Shown here piece by piece: positions 42,567-45,194 of a stretch of 45,194 nt of DNA; positions within the stretch are counted from its first letter, which is position 1; every line of letters begins with the position of its first letter. Source of the stretch: an uncultured Candidatus Saccharibacteria bacterium (GTDB taxonomy: Bacteria; Patescibacteriota; Minisyncoccia; Minisyncoccales; PEYH01). A program made the position numbers and the translations under genes. Location: the NCBI GenBank assembly GCA_964388775.1, contig CAYMBW010000003.1, forward strand, positions 1 through 45,194, given 5' to 3'. The notes under the pieces are model-generated. The model ran no database searches. It worked only from the letters and a program-made list of their open reading frames with translations, and was not told where the DNA came from.

Positions 42567-43337
42567 TTATCTATTTTCATATTCGGTCTTATTGTGGGTT
42601 CTTTTTTGAACTGCGTGATTTACCGGCTGGAAAAAAAAGAGAGTTTTTTGCGAGGCCGGTCATATTGCCCTCATTGCAAACACCCTCTGGCTTGGTATGA
42701 CTTGATTCCCTTATTAAGTTTTATTTTTTTAAGGCGCCGATGCCGTTATTGCCATAAGCCCATCTCTTGGCAGTATCCCATCGTAGAACTGGCTACAGGA
42801 TTTTTATTTACCCTCCCCCTCTTCTCCTCCCCCTCCCAATGGGAGGGGGAGGTTTGGTGGGGGTGGTTTTTTTATTTATTGATTGCCTGTTTCTTGATTA
42901 TTATTTTCGTTTATGACTTGAAGCACTTTACTATTCTGGATAAGGTTTTGATTCCGGCAATCATATTGTCAGTTTTTTATCGCGTCTTGGAGCTAATAAT
43001 TAATAATCAATTATCAATTATCAATTATTTTTGCGCTGCTTTGGGAGCGGCCGGATTTTTTCTTTTAATATACTTAATCTCCAAAGGGAAATGGATTGGA
43101 TTTGCCGATGTTAAATTAGCAATACTTTTAGGGCTAATCTTGGGTTGGCCTAAAATAGGCCTGTCTTTGTTTTTAAGTTTTTTTATCGGTGCTATAATAG
43201 GAATAGGCCTGGTGGTTTTCTCGGACAAAAAGTTTAAAAGTGAAATTCCTTTTGCTCCATTTTTGATAACAGGCGCGTTAATTTCGCTTTTTTGGGGACA
43301 AGGCCTGATTAATTGGTATCTTTCATTGATTTTCTAA
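42552..43337 (+). CDS. pilD: Prepilin peptidase PilD (A24 family) with repeat-derived in-frame segments
   Basis: N-terminal CPHC...CRYC zinc-binding region, the first catalytic Asp context VYDLKH, and the second catalytic Asp in GFADVKL. Polytopic membrane protein. Confidence 0.85.
   Translation: MIIYYLSIFIFGLIVGSFLNCVIYRLEKKESFLRGRSYCPHCKHPLAWYDLIPLLSFIFLRRRCRYCHKPISWQYPIVELATGFLFTLPLFSSPSQWEGEVWWGWFFYLLIACFLIIIFVYDLKHFTILDKVLIPAIILSVFYRVLELIINNQLSIINYFCAALGAAGFFLLIYLISKGKWIGFADVKLAILLGLILGWPKIGLSLFLSFFIGAIIGIGLVVFSDKKFKSEIPFAPFLITGALISLFWGQGLINWYLSLIF
42826..42852. repeat. Perfect 12-bp palindrome CCTCCCCCTCCC-AAT-GGGAGGGGGAGG inside pilD
   Basis: Read directly. It is in frame and encodes part of SSPSQWEGEVW. 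Confidence 0.9.
42993..43030 (-). repeat. Heptamer array segment inside the pilD coding sequence
   Basis: AATAATT AATAATC AATTATC AATTATC AATTATT encodes LIINNQLSIINYF. Confidence 0.8.
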
Positions 43338-43340
43338 TTT

Positions 43341-43392
43341 TTGATTATTGATAAATTATTACTGATAAATTATTATTGATTAGTGATTAATG
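43341..43392 (+). repeat. Period-7 heptamer array containing the next start codon
   Basis: TGATTAT TGATAAA TTATTAC TGATAAA TTATTAT TGATTAG TGATTAA TG. The ATG at 43390 is formed by the array. Confidence 0.85.
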
Positions 43393-43938
43393 ACAAATAA
43401 TTACCGGCAAACAATTAGCAAAGAAAAAGGGATGACCCTGATTGAAATTTTGGTAACTACGGCGATAATAGGAACTCTGTTGGCAGTTAGTTTTTTAAGC
43501 TATCGGCCGAGAGGGCAGGAGCTTGCTTTGCAAAGGTCTGCCTTTAAAATCGCGGCCGACATAGAAAGCGTCAGAGAAATGGCAATGTCAGCCCAAAAGG
43601 ACTCCAGCGGAGATATCCCTGCTGGCGGTTATGGCATTTATTTTGACACCACAAACCCCTTTAACTACATTCTTTTTGCTGACTTAGATGCCAGCAAAAG
43701 CAGAAAGTCGGACGGCTCTGAAGACGTGAAAAGTGTGGAAATAGAAAAAGGGTTGGTGTTAAAAACGCTTTCCCCGTCTAATCCCGCAAATATTACATTT
43801 GTTCCGCCGTCGCCGAATGTTTATCTGCAAGGAGGCACAATCATCGGCCAAGTTGACATCATAATAGCTATACAAACAGACCCTTCTAAAACAAAGACAA
43901 TCATTGTGAACAAGGCGGGTCTGATTTCCACGAATTAA
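43390..43938 (+). CDS. Minor pilin / pseudopilin (GspH/FimT-like)
   Basis: Leader ...SKEKG/MTLIEILVTTAIIGTLLAV, a class III signal with Glu at +5. Confidence 0.7.
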   Translation: MTNNYRQTISKEKGMTLIEILVTTAIIGTLLAVSFLSYRPRGQELALQRSAFKIAADIESVREMAMSAQKDSSGDIPAGGYGIYFDTTNPFNYILFADLDASKSRKSDGSEDVKSVEIEKGLVLKTLSPSNPANITFVPPSPNVYLQGGTIIGQVDIIIAIQTDPSKTKTIIVNKAGLISTN

Positions 43939-43945
43939 TTATTCT

Positions 43946-43966
43946 TGATTAATGATTAATGATAAC
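43946..43966 (+). repeat. Three exact-phase heptamers containing a start codon
   Basis: TGATTAA TGATTAA TGATAAC. The ATG at 43952 gives the N-terminus MINDN. Confidence 0.85.
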
Positions 43967-44485
43967 GGATTTACATTAATAGAAATGCTCATCACTATTA
44001 CCGTAGTGAGCGTTGGTATTATGGGCGTCTTTATCGCAGTCCAACAGGGAATTATTGCCGTTGATTATTCTAGCTCTCGTTTTACCGCCGCCCTTTTGGC
44101 GCAGGAAGGAGTGGAGATTATTAAGAACATAAGAGACACTAATCTTTTGGAATATAACTATGTCTCCGCAAGCACTATTTGGAGCGAGGGACTTGGCGCA
44201 GGAGATTTTGAAGTTCAATATACTGACCCCACAACAGCAAACCCTGTCTTAGGTCAACCAATATGTAGTCCCAGCTGCGGGCCCGATGGCCTAAGATTGC
44301 TCAAGAGATCCATCTCCGGTTTTTATAATTATGATTCCGGAGAGGATACAAGGTTTAAAAGATTAATTCATATAGAATCACCAAACGCTGACCAGTTAGA
44401 TGCAACTATCACTGTCTATTGGAAAAAGAGAGGGGGAGGATATTACAGCATTTCCCTACTCCAGCATTTATATAATTGGTGGTAG
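43952..44485 (+). CDS. Minor pilin / pseudopilin (PilV-like)
   Basis: MINDNG/FTLIEMLITITVVSVGIMG class III signal. Confidence 0.7.
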   Translation: MINDNGFTLIEMLITITVVSVGIMGVFIAVQQGIIAVDYSSSRFTAALLAQEGVEIIKNIRDTNLLEYNYVSASTIWSEGLGAGDFEVQYTDPTTANPVLGQPICSPSCGPDGLRLLKRSISGFYNYDSGEDTRFKRLIHIESPNADQLDATITVYWKKRGGGYYSISLLQHLYNWW

Positions 44486-44493
44486 GTTTCCTC

Positions 44494-44510
44494 GCCCGCC
44501 TCGGGCGGGC
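44494..44510. repeat. GC palindrome GCCCGCC-TCG-GGCGGGC (second copy)
   Basis: Perfect 7-bp stem. Shares the 16-mer GCCCGCCTCGGGCGGG with 28045-28060. Confidence 0.85.
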
Positions 44511-44546
44511 TCGGTCAAACTAAAAATGTAAAATGAAAAATATAAA

Positions 44547-45098
44547 ATGAGAGACAGAATATATAGGAACAAAAATAATAAGGAGAAGGGCTTTACGCTG
44601 ATTGAAATTATTGTTGTGACAGGGATATTCAGTGTTTTAATGATAGCCATTTCCGGGATTTTTATTGCCGCCCTTCGGGCAGAGAGGAATGTACTTGCAT
44701 CTAAAAAGGTTTTGGGCGAATTGAGCTATGTCACGGAATATATGACCCGCGCCTTGAGAATGGCCGATAAAGACAGCTCTGGTTCTTGTATTCCTGTCGG
44801 CTCTAATTATCAATTAACAGCAAGAGGCGGTATAAAATTTGTTAATGCTCTTCAATTGGACGCCTGCCAAGAATTTTTTGTAGATGGCACGATAATCAAG
44901 TATCAGACAGGGACGGAAGAGCTTGACCTAACTTCTTCCGATATAAATATTTCAGCGTTAAATTTCGAGATTATTAACGAAACAGAGTCAGACAATCTTC
45001 AGCCATTTGTAACTATGCAGATAGAGGCGAGCGCGCCCAATAGCGCTACTCTTCATCTTCAGACCAGCGTTTCCCAAAGAAACCCGGATATTAGATAA
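44547..45098 (+). CDS. Minor pilin / pseudopilin (PilW-like)
   Basis: ...NNKEKG/FTLIEIIVVTGIFSVLMIAISGIF class III signal. Confidence 0.7.
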   Translation: MRDRIYRNKNNKEKGFTLIEIIVVTGIFSVLMIAISGIFIAALRAERNVLASKKVLGELSYVTEYMTRALRMADKDSSGSCIPVGSNYQLTARGGIKFVNALQLDACQEFFVDGTIIKYQTGTEELDLTSSDINISALNFEIINETESDNLQPFVTMQIEASAPNSATLHLQTSVSQRNPDIR

Positions 45099-45109
45099 TA
45101 ATCACTAAT

Positions 45110-45132
45110 CTGTTAGGGTCTGACCCTAACAG
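45110..45132. repeat. GC-rich palindrome CTGTTAGGGT-CTG-ACCCTAACAG (family copy 4)
   Basis: Perfect 10-bp stem. This is the reverse-complement version of copy 3 (loop CTG versus CAG), flanked by heptamer-like sequence. Confidence 0.9.
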
Positions 45133-45152
45133 CCAACAATTATCAATAATAA

Positions 45153-45194
45153 ATGATTAATAATTCGGAAAAAGGAGCCACTCTATATTTTGCT
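45153..45194 (+). CDS. Start of a further ORF (possible additional minor pilin), truncated by window end
   Basis: ATG inside a heptamer unit (AAATGATTAATAATT) gives MINNSEKGATLYFA. Only 14 codons are visible. Confidence 0.25.
   Translation, partial: MINNSEKGATLYFA

Overview
This is a visibly AT-rich bacterial chromosome segment read with the standard genetic code. Its gene content and style fit a small-genome, monoderm, Candidate Phyla Radiation/Patescibacteria-like organism; that assignment is inference. Housekeeping genes are tyrS, infB-rbfA, rplS, an RluA-family synthase, ftsH, an S1-like protein, gyrA, tsaD and recG. They are interleaved with 18 tRNA genes in several clusters. There are no rRNA genes and no CRISPR array. 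Accessory content includes a type II restriction-modification pair plus a serine hydrolase, flanked by 28-nt direct repeats next to tRNA-Ser. It also includes a free-standing LAGLIDADG endonuclease gene inside a tRNA array, and a 524-aa HNH-type intein in gyrA. Five tandem paralogues encode secreted proteins that end in a TrbC/VirB2-like membrane hairpin. A full secretin-less type IV pilus locus (pilM-N-O, pilB, CheY-like regulator, pilT, pilC, two pilins, pilD, at least three minor pilins) sits next to comFC and recG. Four things stand out. (1) A complete tRNA-Leu(UAG) is nested on a 13-bp helix in place of the anticodon loop of a second, otherwise complete, type-II tRNA-like molecule (23994-24166). 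(2) The five-gene cluster at 20284-23907 carries variable PKD-like or Cys-rich heads on a conserved pilin-like anchor. (3) Period-7 TGATWAN arrays and GC-rich palindromes with 3-nt loops fill intergenic junctions, supply start and stop codons, and also occur in frame inside tsaD and pilD. (4) A structured repeat of about 100-150 nt directly follows the 3' end of five tRNA genes. All coordinates were derived by hand from the sequence. No database searches were run.
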